DNA from: Camelus ferus
Taxonomy: Eukaryota
Length of the DNA: 64,000 nt
Reading direction: 5' to 3'
Assembly: GCF_009834535.1 (NCBI RefSeq)
Contig: NC_045696.1
Span: 94,552,001-94,616,000 of the forward strand
Positions 51,401 to 63,801 of this stretch are shown piece after piece. The position numbers and the translations under genes are program-made. Positions within the stretch are counted from its first letter, which is position 1, and each line of letters opens with the position of its first letter. The notes under the pieces are model-generated. The model was not told the DNA's origin. It was given only the letters and a program-made list of their open reading frames with translations, and did no database searches.

Positions 51401-52056
51401 TTTTAGAACTCCTTCTATATGCAGTGTAAATAATATAGGTTCCCAGAGAGGAGAGATTCCTTGGCAAGCCTTTACTAGGCAATTCAAAGCCATGTTTTGA
51501 GCACCCATCTGGTTCCAAGCACCATTCTAGTCTCTGAGGCTACAGTGGGCTATATCTAGCTTCTATCCAGAGTTCTATGGGCTTTCCAGTCAAGACCCAG
51601 ATCTAGGTTGTCAAATTGCCTTTGCTTTCAGGAAATAAGAAAGTCCCACCCAAGGACCTCAGCACCATTCTCTCCTTCTCTCCATCCTCAAGTTACAGCC
51701 TCTGCACATGTGCACACACATACAGGAGCCTCCACAACTTACCACCCACCACGCTTCAATTCCTTGTTTATGTACCAGGTAAAGCCCAGCCTGCAGCCAG
51801 AGATGCGGTTAGGCTAGAGAGCTCTTGCCCAGGGGGCTTCAGGAAAATCAAATCATCTGTTCCACACTCCATCAAAGTCCTCTATCAGAGTAAAATGCAC
51901 CAAAAATGGTGGCAATATTTCAGCTGATGTTTTAAAAAAATTAGTATACCACAATCAGACTTTTTCAGAGATGCCCTCATTTCTAAATAAATTTGATATG
52001 AAGAATGCCAGCTCTACAGGACTGATGAAGAAACAAAGTCATTTTACTTAGCCTAA

Positions 52057-52238
52057 CAGTGCTTCCCAAACCCTGCCATATTATGGGACACAGAAATTTA
52101 TAGCATTTGAATGGCACGCTGGGGTAAAAGAACACTTTTGAAGATGGACTGACCAGAGGCTCTGATGCCTCCAGTCCATTGGAAACAATATCTCAGCATC
52201 CCTGTAACCTATTCATGTGCATCGTTTGGAAAGCTCTG
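52057..52238. mobile_element. hAT-Charlie MITE remnant
   Basis: Imperfect terminal inverted repeats CAGTGCTTCCCAAAC...GTTTGGAAAGCTCTG. Confidence 0.6.
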
Positions 52239-52607
52239 ATCTAAGAATTTGATTGTGAAGTATTTTATTCATACCCCGGAAATACCTGAGGTGTTTTTCT
52301 AACCCCTCCTCGACCCACCAGTTTCAGTGTGACTAGGCTCTGTCATCAGAGGCGAGGCTTACAATGGGAGATAGCTGTTGGAACAATTTGTTTTTTTTTA
52401 CAGACTGGATTGTGTCATAAATTCTCAGGTGACATAGACAGAAAAATCACTGAAATTCTGAGCAGGGGCTTACCAGCTCAGCCCTTTTGCTTTACCAACC
52501 AGAAAACAAAGCACAGAGGTCACACAGTAGTGTTTTTATGGAGGGAAGTTATGAAACTAGATGTAGGTCATGATCTCTTAGCTTTCGGTCTTGGGCTTTT
52601 TGCACTG

Positions 52608-52783
52608 CACTGGTGGTTTCAGACTGGCAGCAACGGCATCACCTGAGAACTTGTCAGAAACGCGACTTCTCAGGCACCACCCCAGACCAAGTGGACTGGA
52701 AGCTCCAGGGCTGATGCCCAGCAAGCTGTGTTTTCACAAGGTCTCCAGGTGGTTCGGATGCACACTGACGTTTGAGAACCACT
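52608..52783. mobile_element. MER5A
   Basis: CAGCAACGGCATCACCTGAGAACTTGTCAGAAACGCG...CACCCCAGACC...GTTTGAGAACCACT. Confidence 0.85.
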
Positions 52784-55009
52784 ACACCCCAACATGGCTC
52801 TGCTCTAGAAGGCTCGAGACCCCGATGTGGACAAGACTGTACCTGTGCAGTGAGAAAGCCAAGCTGGAACGTTCTCGTGTGGAGTGAGGGCTCACTGTGA
52901 CAGGGGAGAGGGACCCTGGGGTTAAACATCAGAAGTAGCAAAAGGTTAATGGTAGAAGGGAGGTTCCAAATTCAGGGCCTAAGTGGGAACTTCAATTCTC
53001 TAAGTATCACCAGGCCTTTTATGGCCTAGCCTTTACTTCCATCTTAACCTCTTCAATGAAAGTATCAATTTCTGCAGATTGGGAACTTAAAGGGTGTATT
53101 TCTAACTTTATAATGAAAACCAGTAGGAGAAAAAAAAAGTGTCACTTTTCAAAATTGACCTTTGTTGCTTCTTGTGTTAAACATAATTATTTTGAAAATG
53201 ACAAATCTCTCTAAGTTTAGTTTGTATAACTTGTGAAAGATTAAGGGGAAGGGAGGGGAAAAAAAAAATCTCAGATGAGGCAAGGTTGAGTTTGCATATT
53301 TGACATCATTACTGTTAAATTCCTTTGCCCTGAAAAACACTCAAATTTCTTTTCCATGTGACTCACTAGCAAATTTCTCTTCCTTAGATGTTGGTCCTGC
53401 ACTGTGTGGATCAGGGATATCAAATAACAAAAAATATGGAAAAAAAAAAAAAGCACAGCTTATGTTTTAGTCTAAGAATAAGGAACTAAACAAGCAGAAA
53501 ATCCCCTTTTCATGATCGAGAAACTCATGTTAAGCTTAGCAATATTAGTAGCATTAAAATACTTTTATATTATGTCCTGAGGATATCCATGAATAATAAA
53601 AGCTACAGCCAACACTGTCGCCATTAGTTAAATGTGGTTCATACAAAGATCTCATAAACTGCTTCTAAAAGCTACCCTACATTCCTCTCATTTCCTTTTA
53701 TCCCCGTCTATCCTTTCTAAAGATGTGGACTCATATTTCTGGATAATGCCTTTTAAACTCTTTGTCAAATATTTACTCAATAACTAGCAACTACCATAGG
53801 AAAACACAACTCTCTCAGCCCCTGAAACCATAACGTACGAGATAATTATCAGGGCTATGTTCTCAATTTGTCAGAGAGTTTTCTATTTACCACCCCAAAC
53901 TGAAGCCATTTCAGTAGTTGAGGTTGTAGGTACAGGTAGAGTAAGAATTTGGTAGGCGATACTGTGAAATGAAATGAAGGCCTTGTAGTTAAAAGTTTGT
54001 TATTATTTAAGAAAGTTTACTCTGGTCTCTGTGTCTTTCCTTTGCAAAGTATACTTTTTTCTTTTTAGATGTGGAGATATAATTAGAACTCTGTGTTTTA
54101 AGCTTCCAAAATTGTGGAAAAGAATGCAATTTATGTGCTTAAGTCTTTAGGCCTAACACAGTAATACGGTGCTCAGGTTTCTAAAAACCTTGCCTGCACA
54201 GAAAGCCATAATGCTTCAGGCTTACACCAGAGTGGTGCCAGTGTGTTTGCTGAGATAGTTCTCAGGACTTATCTTTCGAGCATCAGCAGTCTTTTAAATG
54301 CACTAACCAACTCCACACTCATACGATTTTCCATGAGAAGTAGAGGATGTCATGAAGTGTACTGCAGGTAACCTGCACTGATATAAAAAAAGGTGCTGTT
54401 ATTTTCTGCTCTGAAGGGTAAAGTTAGAGAGAGATGGAGAAAAGGAACATTTTGTTTAATAATTACCATTTTGAGAGCTGATCCAGCTTTTGTGGATAAA
54501 AGAAAAATTTAATTGTGTGAACAAAACATTGAAAATCTCTCTCTACTGCACAGCAGTGACCATTAATCTCTCTCCTTTAATGAATACTCTGATGGGAGGC
54601 CAGGCTTCTGGTTTTCTAAGGCAGCTACTTAATGACAAGCAATTTAGATTCATTCCTATCACAACTGAATTCATTGCAACTTCCCTACCAAAGCCCTGGT
54701 ATCAAGTTGTGTTGTTATGATCAGACATGTTAAGGAAAACAAAATGCATTTTTAATAACTCCTCTTCCATCACAGCTTTATTTTTTTTCAAGTCTCTGAT
54801 CCGAAGTTACTTTCAAATACACTTTATGAGAATAATCAGACTAATTAATTTTCTTCATGGGCAGCAGACTCTGCATCTTTACTCCTCTTATGCCTGTCCT
54901 TCCTCTTCCTCAATATTGCTGAGGCACTCTGAAAAATTATCAAATACTTAATGATTCTAAAGATCTTTGTCTCATTTCTATTACCTCTAGGAAAAATGGA
55001 AAAGAAAGG

Positions 55010-55220
55010 GAAGTCCTATTTGTAGTGAACCTACTGTGTCAAACACAGATGTGGAATTTTTACACATAGTCCATGTGAATGCTATAATCCTAAGAGGCAG
55101 TTGTTGTTGCACCCATTTTGCAGAGGAGGAAACTGAGGCCCAGAGAGACTTAGCGATAGATATAATGGGGCAAAATGGCGTTTAAACCTAGAGTTTGTAA
55201 CTCCAAAGCTCATGCTTTTT
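55010..55220 (-). mobile_element. MIR
   Basis: CCCATTTTGCAGAGGAGGAAACTGAGGCCCAGAGAG...ACTCCAAAGCTCATGCT. Confidence 0.8.
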
Positions 55221-55821
55221 GTAACCTAAGGAAAATATTACCCCTGGGATTTTTATTTATGTTAATTACAATTATACTTTTACATAAAAATACATTTAAC
55301 GACTAATATTTTCAAAGCACTATTGCATACATCATCCCATTTCAAGGCGGCTGGCAGAACAGAGGGCTGGGGGCGGGTGTTGTGAGGATTAGTAATACTG
55401 TATACAAAGTATAATATCCAGTGTTAGACAAGCGCTCAGTTGTTGCTATTATTATTACTATTGATCCTCCCAGCAGGCTTAGAAGTCAGGGAGTACAGCT
55501 GTTATCATGCCCTCTTGACAGACTTTCTCTACAAAGATTAATCCCACTCACATTTTACTCCACAAGCAAGAATTACTTTAATTTTTATTTACAGGGCATT
55601 TACTTACAGGAATCTCAAAACCCCATGTTCAACTTCAATTTGTTTGCAATGCAGGCAGGCAGGGAATGGAAGGCAGGCAGGTGTGAGATGGGCTTAGGAT
55701 CTTTCCCAGCCGAGTCAAAAATGGAAATTTTGCCTTCTGTCTCCAAAATGAGCCTCCTTTCCACGGCCCCGAAGGGATGCAGGAGGATTTGCTTTCTCCT
55801 AGGTGCCATCATCCTCTTCCT

Positions 55822-55980
55822 CCCGGGGTAACGTGGGGAGAGCCCTTCCTTCCGTTCCTTGCTCGCGCCGGGAGGGAGCGCGCCCGGAGCCGCGCAGACC
55901 ACGCGTGTGGACCGCGGGCAGCGCCGTTATCACCACGCAGAGCCGCGGTCCTGCCCTCCGGATGGCAGGCAGAGAAGCGC
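55822..55980. promoter_or_regulatory. Small CpG-dense cluster (candidate enhancer or promoter)
   Basis: 22 CpGs counted in about 160 bp against a CpG-depleted background; not a repeat I recognise. Confidence 0.45.
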
Positions 55981-57334
55981 AGGAGAAGTGCTGGGTATCA
56001 GTGACTCACAGCAAGACAGGAAGTCTCAAGCAGACCCACCCTTCCTTCCTGCCCTCCGCACCAGCTGAGCTGCAGAACCACAGGCCACAAGGAGCCTAGA
56101 ATCTTGGTGAGAAGTGCTGCAGCCACAGACAGAGACCGGGTCACTGCAGTTTGTAGGCTCGCTAAATGGACTCAATGTCATGACCCGGCTGCCGGGAAAG
56201 CACATTCTCTTCCTCCCAGAGAGCACATGTTTTTCTGTTGAGATTTTTGCTTTTCACCTTTGCCCAGTATCTTCCCGGTATATTCTGGCCTTTGCATTGT
56301 TCTTAAACATGAAAACAACGGACTTGACACAGTTCAGATGAGTGGTCCTTTACACTCTGTTTTTGAAACTTGCAAAAAAATGCTATCGATCGTCATCATC
56401 AAGCAATGCCTTGGCAATGTAAAATGGCAGAGCGCGTCTCTCCAGCAGAAAATTTGTACACACGTTTACAGTGGATTTTTGAACCCAGTGTAAAATTGCT
56501 TCCAAGTTACATCATGTTTCTCTTCATAAGAGCAGCAAATGACGATGACCGAGATAAAGGCTAACGACTATTACCGGCGAGGACTGCTCAAAGCACTTGG
56601 TATGTTTTAAGTCATCTAAGTCTTCCAACTAGCCTTTGAGATAAACATTATTATTATTCTCCTTTTACAGACGAGGAGGCTGTCAAAGTGAATGAAAGCC
56701 TCTTCACCGTCTCCCCAAATTGTTTTTAAACCTCACAAATAATCAACAAAACAAAGCTCAAACAAAAAATAGAAAATAAAAACGAAGTTGCTGCTTACAG
56801 TGATTTGTTGTACGAGTCAAATAAATGACACAAAATGATTATATACATGTTTCCCACATTTGGCCAAGTTCAGTTAGTGTATTTCCAATTCATTCATTAA
56901 ACTGTAAAAAAAAAAAAAACACCCCTACAGAAAAGTCAAGTCAAAACTCTGAAATGAGTCATTACAGCAGACCAAATTTGTCAGTATCTTTCATCAAGGC
57001 CACTTCCCTTTCTACCTGTAGGGCAGCAACACCAGAAAGTGACAGAAGTCTGCATTCCTATGTGTCTAGGAAAAAAATAAGCCTTAGGTTGAAAAACCAT
57101 TTATTGTATATGTTATACAAACACACACACACGCAGTTCTCATCTTTTATTTTCCTGCTGTCTCCAAGCTCAACTCACACCCCACGTTCCAGCCATGCCA
57201 ACACACTTCTAGTGCACTTGTTCCTTGTTCAGTGTCTTTGAAAGGAGTGCTGTTTGTCTGAAAGCCATCTCCCTCTCTGTTCCACCCAGTGAGTGCCTGC
57301 AGGATTCAGAATCCTCTCCATCTGCTCCTACACT

Positions 57335-57900
57335 GAGAGCATTTATTGAAACCTATTATGAGGTAGATACGGGGAGGTGGGGGAGGGAACAGGGTTACTG
57401 TCCTGATGAAACTTTCTGCAGAGAGAGAAAAACAAAGCTCAGAAAGAAAAAAGAATGGAGGAGGGAGGGAAGGAAGGAAAGCAGTAAGAAAGCAAGGGAA
57501 GGGAGGGTGGCACTAACTCATCGTGGCTGGTGTGACGTAGGACCTGTGATGCTGAGCGACATCATCGGGTGTGATGAATCCAGCCATCTAAGCTGAGCTC
57601 TGAATGAGAAGGAGCCCGTCATGCAGAGACAGGAACTACCAGTTCAAAGCGCTAAGCCAGAAAGCAAGCCTGGTTCCCAAGACTGAAAGGAGCCAGTGTA
57701 ACTGAGGTGCCAGCGGAGGGCAAGGCGGCCACCCGATCCCACTGGCTTTGTAAGGCCTGTAAGAAGTTTAAACTGAACATTTAAAGCAGAGGACTGATGG
57801 ACTCTTAATATATTGCAACAAATCGCTCTGGCTGTTGAGTGCATGTTGGGCTTCAGGGTCTCAGGCGTAGAAACAGGAAGACAAGTTAGGACACAGGTAA
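57335..57900 (-). mobile_element. L2 remnant
   Basis: AGCATTTATTGAAACCTATTATG...AAGGCCTGTAAGAAGTTT...ATCGCTCTGGCTGTTG. Confidence 0.65.
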
Positions 57901-58789
57901 CGGAGGAGTTAAGGCAGATTCTTCATATTCACACAGCATTTTGCAGAGACTTAACATCATTCTTTAAAAACTGATACTTTTTTTTTGTCTTCTACTTAGG
58001 CAGTAAGATCCTTGAAAGCAGAAATGAAACCTCATTCCCCAACAAACATTCCCCGCATGAATACATAAATGGGATGAATGAATGAGTAAAATAAGGTCCC
58101 TGTCCTCGGAAAGCTTAAATTCTCCGAAACAACAGACATCCATCTCCCCAAGTAACCAGACTGCAGAGCGGGTTCCTTACGCTGTGGAACAGACAGAAAG
58201 CATCACATGCGAGGGCAGAAGAGGGAGAACGCGGATCATCCAGCCCAGGGTGTGATCCCGAATCAGCGTTTAACAGCAGGATGTTAACACCAGGTGACAG
58301 GAGTTTGACAAATGGAATCAGCTTCCCCTTCCGATGCCTCCCAGTTTCAGATAAGGGCTGTGTTTAGACTCTGAGTTCTGGGTCAGCATGCAACTCAATG
58401 AAGCTATGGAGAAATTATTTATCTCCACTGGACTATTAAGTAAAAAGTCAACAAGGGTGTCAGATTACTTCTGGATTATTCACATTACAGCAAAACCCTG
58501 ACATCTGGGTGAAGTGCACATGTTCTAAATGTTTCTTCTTGGAAATTGTAAGGTCAACCCTGAGGACAAGCCACTGTGTTTCTCGTGTCTTCCCTTCCTC
58601 CTCTTCTGTAGTTCACTCTCCCAGGGGCTGCCCTGCCTCCACCCTCCTGTTCAGAGCCCTCAAGTTGCACAAATGTAATCAAGGCCTTTTTCCCTGGGTC
58701 CCTTTCCCTTTCTGTTTCACTCCCCCTTCCCCAACCTACCTCAACTAACTAACTATGTGAGTATGCATGTTTCTATCTATCTATCTATC

Positions 58790-59820
58790 ATCTGTTTGGT
58801 TTTGCCCCATAACAAAACACCACAAAATTTGATTTAAAACAACCATTTATAATGTCTCTCAATTCCGTGAGTGATCTGACTAGCTTTTCTGGGGCTGACT
58901 GATCTAAAATGGCCTTCCTTTCCTGTCTGGGGATACAGCCAGGGCAGCTGAGATGCTTAAGGCCTTTCTTCATGTGGTCTCATCCTCAAGGACTTTTGTC
59001 CACATGGTGACAGAAAGATTCCCAGCAGCAGGAGAGGGAAAACCCTTTTGGAAGCACTTTTCAAGGATCTGTACCACATTTTCTAATAGGCTCAAGGAAG
59101 TATAACTGTCCAAGCCCAGGTCCAAGGGATAGGGAAATAAATTCAAGTCCTTAACAGGTGACATGGCAAAAGTTCTGAGGTGGGAAGCCCTATAAAAGAC
59201 CAGCAGGACCCCCAAGCAGGGCCACTACTCTCCTGCCGGCACCATCCGGTTCCCTGGCCCTGAGGCTCTATCTCACTTTTTGCCTCTGAAACGGATTACT
59301 TACCCCTAAAATTCATTGGTTCCCTGAGCTCACTTCTGATTGGTTTTTCCTTCACTCCTGATTGGTTATTACTCTCACTTCTGATTGGTCCACTTCCCTA
59401 ACTTCTGATTGGTCCATTTGTAGTACTTCATTTGCATGGAGCTCACTCCTGATTAGTTTATTTCTCTCACTCCTGATTGGTCATTTCTACAAAGCTTGTT
59501 CCTGGTTGGTCAACTTCTGTTATACTTTATTTGCATATGATGTTGCAAAGTGTGAAACTGGCAGCCTATAAAGGCCTGTGTAAACCTACAGACAGGGTCC
59601 AGAGCTTGGGGTGTTAACTCTCTGGGCCTCCTGGCCTAATAAACCTGAGTTCTCCAACTCTCAGAGTGCTGCTTGGCCTCTTGCCCGGATCCAGGTTGCT
59701 GTCACAACTGAGCTGTAACACCGAGCTGTAACACGTTTTTCCGCAACAGTTCCACTGTAAAGGGATATACATACAGGGATTTAAGGAGTCTGTGACCATT
59801 TTGTGATCCATTGCACTATC
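58790..59820 (-). mobile_element. MLT1 (F/G/H-type) LTR split by the ERV solo LTR
   Basis: CATAACAAAACACCACAAAATT...TTTAAAACAACCATTTAT...GGCAAAAGTTC continues as CACTGTAAAGGGATATACATACAGGG across the insertion. Confidence 0.7.
59176..59748 (+). mobile_element. Endogenous retrovirus solo LTR (ERV1-like, 573 bp)
   Basis: TG...CA termini; 4-bp TSD GTTC (59172-59175 and 59749-59752); TATAAA at 59567; AATAAA at 59638; CCAAT tandem array in U3. Confidence 0.88.
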
Positions 59821-60269
59821 ATTTCAGACTAATTCCATACATTTAATTCACACTAAGGTGATAGGGACCCCTGACAAGGGGATTTCCTTCTCGACTTGGC
59901 AAAATATCTCACCCCAAGGGAATCAACGTCTGGAGTCAGAACTGCAGGCTCCGTGGCAGAGGAGCAAGAACAGTTCTGCAAAGGCCTCTCTGGCAGCCCT
60001 TCCAGGCCTGATCTGCCTGAGCACAGATTCCTCCACCCTTAGAGAGTTACTTCACAGTGTGCTTGACAGGCATGATTTGACACACGGAAGGGAGTATGTC
60101 TATCACTTGACCTTATCAAATACCCGGTATATAACTGCTCAGTAAGTATTGATTGAACTTGTTAATTTGTGTGTGTGTGTGTACACGAGTGTATCAGGAG
60201 AGAAGCAGGAAGTGGGAGCATGCACAAACACTAGCTCCATTCCAAATACTCCCCTAGGGAGCCAAGACA

Positions 60270-60480
60270 CAGTGTGGCAGAGTGGAACTGACTCGGGCTT
60301 GAGTCAGGTGAACATACTACCTATGAGCAAATTTCTTAACCTCTCTAAACCTCAGTGTCCTACTCTATAAAATGGGCATAATAATACCTTTGCTACAGAG
60401 TCATTGTAAAGATTAAAAAGAATGATATACGTGGAATACCTAGACCAACACATGACACATTAGAGATATTTAGTAATTAG
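60270..60480 (+). mobile_element. MIR
   Basis: GAGCAAATTTCTTAACCTCTCTAAACCTCAGTGTCCTACTCTATAAAATGGGCATAATAATACC. Confidence 0.85.
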
Positions 60481-61029
60481 CAGGGAGCAGAAGCCAAGTC
60501 TAGCTTCCCACCCAAATTCCGTTCCTCACTCCTTCCTTCAGCCCTAGTGCCACTTTCCCTTGGTGGTCTGCCTCCTTCCACCTACCAGCCCTTGCCTAGC
60601 CCAGTCAGAGAAATGAGTATGGCAGGGACTGGGGAAATTCACCTGCAACTCTAGGATCTGTCAGCAAGCTGTCCTTCCAGCTGTGGCAGGGGAAGGAAAT
60701 CAAAGCAACGGGAAAGACTGACCAGTTAGTCTTACCTCTAACAGTAAGCCTTTGCTATTCACTGTCTGCCATTGTAGTGCTGCGGAAACTCACAACAGAG
60801 GCAACTGCCTGCACCCAGATTTGGCCAGCAGCAGCATTTGTGCATTTGGCATTCAGGAGGTATGGATATGTTTCAGTTAAAGGCTGTAGACAGAACACAC
60901 GCCTTTCCTTCTCCGCCTTCCCACCTCACCTTCCACTCAAATATTTGTTTTAAAAAATACAAGTGAAATAAATTCATAATCAATCCCAGCACCACGGAAT
61001 TAAAAATTTCTATTTATTTCTCTAGGATG

Positions 61030-61235
61030 TGGGAGGATGGGATCATAAGACTGTCTGGATTAAATGTCAGCTCAGTCAGTGGTAAGCTGTATGGTTTTGA
61101 GCAGCTCTGTTTTCTTATGAAATGTGGAAAATGATAGGACCTATCTCATTGGGTTGTTGTGTGGACTGGTCAAGATATATGAAGCACCTAGGATACTTCC
61201 TGGAGCACAGCTCAATAAAAGTTAGATTTCATTGT
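61030..61235 (+). mobile_element. MIR remnant
   Basis: GATAGGACCTATCTCATTGGGTTGTTGTG...AAGCACCTAGGA...CTCAATAAAAGTTAG. Confidence 0.7.
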
Positions 61236-61399
61236 TATAAGCCAGAAGCTAAGGAATTTACAGCTTAGAAATTACATAGAAGATGGACACAAAGCTTGGA
61301 ATTGGCAAGAATTCTAGGAGAAAGTGAAGGAGAAATCAAGGGTATGAGTTTAATGTTAACAGAAAAAGTATGAGAATCTATCTTCACCCCATTCCTTAC

Positions 61400-62800
61400 T
61401 CCCACATCTGTATGCAGGGGTGATGTGTACTCTCATTAAGCTAAAACCAAAGAAGTTTTCTCTAAAGAAGTTGAATAACTTGCCTACGAAGGGCTAAGGC
61501 TTCTGTTGTGGGATACATGGAGGGGAAAAAAAAAAAAAAAGGGATCCACACCTAGGCACCTTTCCTGAAACTTCACTATATCAAAGATAAGAGTCTCAAC
61601 ATTTTTGAAAGAAGAAACAGATTATCTATAAAGAAATGAGAATTGACTGGTGTCAATCTCCTCCCCAGCAAAATTGGTTGCTGGAAGATAATGGAAAATG
61701 CTTTCAAAGTTCTGATGGAAAATTGAAACTAGAATTATATACCTATCTAAATTATTTTTTAAGTCCAAAAGACATTTTTAGACATGCAAGAGCTTAGAAA
61801 ATTTTATCCGTCATGCATTCTTTCTGGAAAAAAAAAATACTGCAGAAGGTACTCGAGCAAAAAGAAAAAGTAATCCAAGAAAAATCAGGTCCTGGCAGCC
61901 AAGAAAAACGTGAACATGACAACCAAGAAAAAGGAAATCTATGAAAAGTGATTATTAGATGAAAGTTGTTCAGCAAGCTTAGAAAATCAACAGTCCAAGA
62001 TAAAAAGGTAATCCAAAGGCTCTGAAGAGTAAGTCCTCCAGTTAAAATATTCCTACAGGAGAGATTATTAATAAACCAGATGATCTTTGACAAAATGAAA
62101 GCGTACTATAATTCTGTCCACAAGAAAACAATTTAGAAATTTCAAATAAGTAACATGTATAAAGAAATCATGGTGTAAACATAAAACAGGTCCTTCATAT
62201 ATTTTGACCAGTCCACACAATGTAAAATATATATTATATTATATAAAACAATATAATATCATGTGATATTTAATACATTGAAAAAGAAAAATCAATTTGA
62301 CCTTAACACTCGCAATATTCTTCTTCAGCTAGTGTAAGTTTATGAACACAAGGTTATATTTCCTTCTTTATGGGTTAAATCATGCTACTTTGTACCTTAA
62401 CAATGTTCACAGTATTTTGATAGTGAAAAAGCTTTTTACTTAAAAATTATTTTTTGACTCAACCTATTGGCAAAGGGTAGAATAATCTACCATTTAGAAC
62501 AACCCAAGAGATAGAAACACTGACAGTGTAAAAAGCTGGGGCCTGTCAATAGAGGAGAGATGAAGAAAGCATATGGGACATTCATTTTCTCCTTTTATGT
62601 GATTGTGAATACAAATTTTTGAAGTTGATGGATCAAGAAAGAAATTAATATTATTTACAGATATCAAGGTCACCTCTCAGGGACTGTTGTCTCATGAGAA
62701 ATTGGATTGATGATGGACACTCTGTGTATCTCACAGCAGCTTTGCCATGAGTGTCAAATACAATTAGAGGTGTGGGAGCATTGGGGAAAATGATAGTGTT
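61400..62800 (+). mobile_element. HAL1 / old L1 ORF1-like remnant
   Basis: CCACACCTAGGCAC...GGAAGATAATGGAAAATGCTTTCAAAGTTCTGATGGAAAAT...CTAGAATTATATACC, a degraded ORF1-type pattern; boundaries approximate. Confidence 0.6.
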
Positions 62801-62820
62801 TTTATCATCAGAGCACATAG

Positions 62821-63235
62821 CTTTATGTGGAATCTAAAACAAAGGAAAAAAAAGAGGACACTAATGAACTCATCTACAAAAAAGAAACAGACTCACAGAC
62901 ATAGTAAACAATTTTATGGTTACCAGGGAAAGAGGGTAGGAAAAGATAAATTTGGGAGTTTGAGATTTGCAAATGTTAGCCACTATATATAAAAATAGAT
63001 TTTAAAAGTTTCTTCTGTATAGCACAGGAAACTAATTTACATGCAATATAATGTGTATGTGCAGTTGAACTGTAATAATTCTAACTAATAAAGCTGAAAA
63101 AGGGAAAAAATCTTGTAATAACCTTTAATGAAAAAGAATATGAAAATATATATATTATATGCATGACTGGGATATTGTGCTGTACATGAGAAATCGACAC
63201 ATTGTAACTGACTGTATTTCAATTAAAAAAAAAAA
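62821..63235 (+). mobile_element. 5'-truncated L1 3' UTR with an internal 75-bp insertion
   Basis: Collinear with the L1 at 43236-43570; near-TSD AGCACATAG (62812-62820) and AGCACGCAG (63236-63244). Confidence 0.9.
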
Positions 63236-63364
63236 AGCACGCAGATTTTATAGAAGTTTGGCCATTTGCTCATGCATCCTAACAGCAAATCAAAGCATAT
63301 TAAATACATCCAGTTACTTTCATCAGCTTTCTGCTCTGTGCAGTTCTCATAGTTTCTGTTCCAT

Positions 63365-63550
63365 GTAGAATCATAGGACTTTAAAGTTAAAAAGGATTTC
63401 AAAGACTCTTAAGTTTACCTTCTTCATTTCAAAGATGAGGAAACTGAGGCCACATAACGTTAACTGACTTGATAAAGTCAAAGAGCAGTGAAATGACAAA
63501 TTAGTCCTAAAACAAAGTGTCCTGAGTCCTAAGGCAATGTTTTTCTGCTA
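63365..63550 (-). mobile_element. MIR/MIR3 remnant
   Basis: TTCATTTCAAAGATGAGGAAACTGAGGCC...ACTGACTTGATAAAGTCA. Confidence 0.75.
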
Positions 63551-63582
63551 CATAGATAAAGCAATGGCCCCAAAATAATATA

Positions 63583-63801
63583 TAGTTGACCTTTGAACAA
63601 CACTAGTTTGAACTGCTGGAGTCAACTTATATATGGATTTTTTTTTTTTCCCAGTCAGTCCGTACTAAGTACTTCATGATCTGTGGTTGGCTGAATCTAT
63701 GTATGGAGTGCCGACTATAAAGGCACACTCTGATTTTCAACTGCGCGGGGTCAGCGCCCCTAACCACCCTCGTCCCTGCCCAGTTGCTCAAGAGTCAACT
63801 G
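63583..63801. mobile_element. TcMar-Tigger MITE (MER8-like)
   Basis: Terminal inverted repeats TAGTTGACCTTTGAACAAC...GTTGCTCAAGAGTCAACTG, preceded by TA. Confidence 0.85.

Noticed and set aside
59310..59510. Regularly spaced repeat resembling a CRISPR array
   Set aside because: Degenerate ~23-bp tandem units without unique spacers, lying inside a mammalian LTR; no cas genes; eukaryotic context
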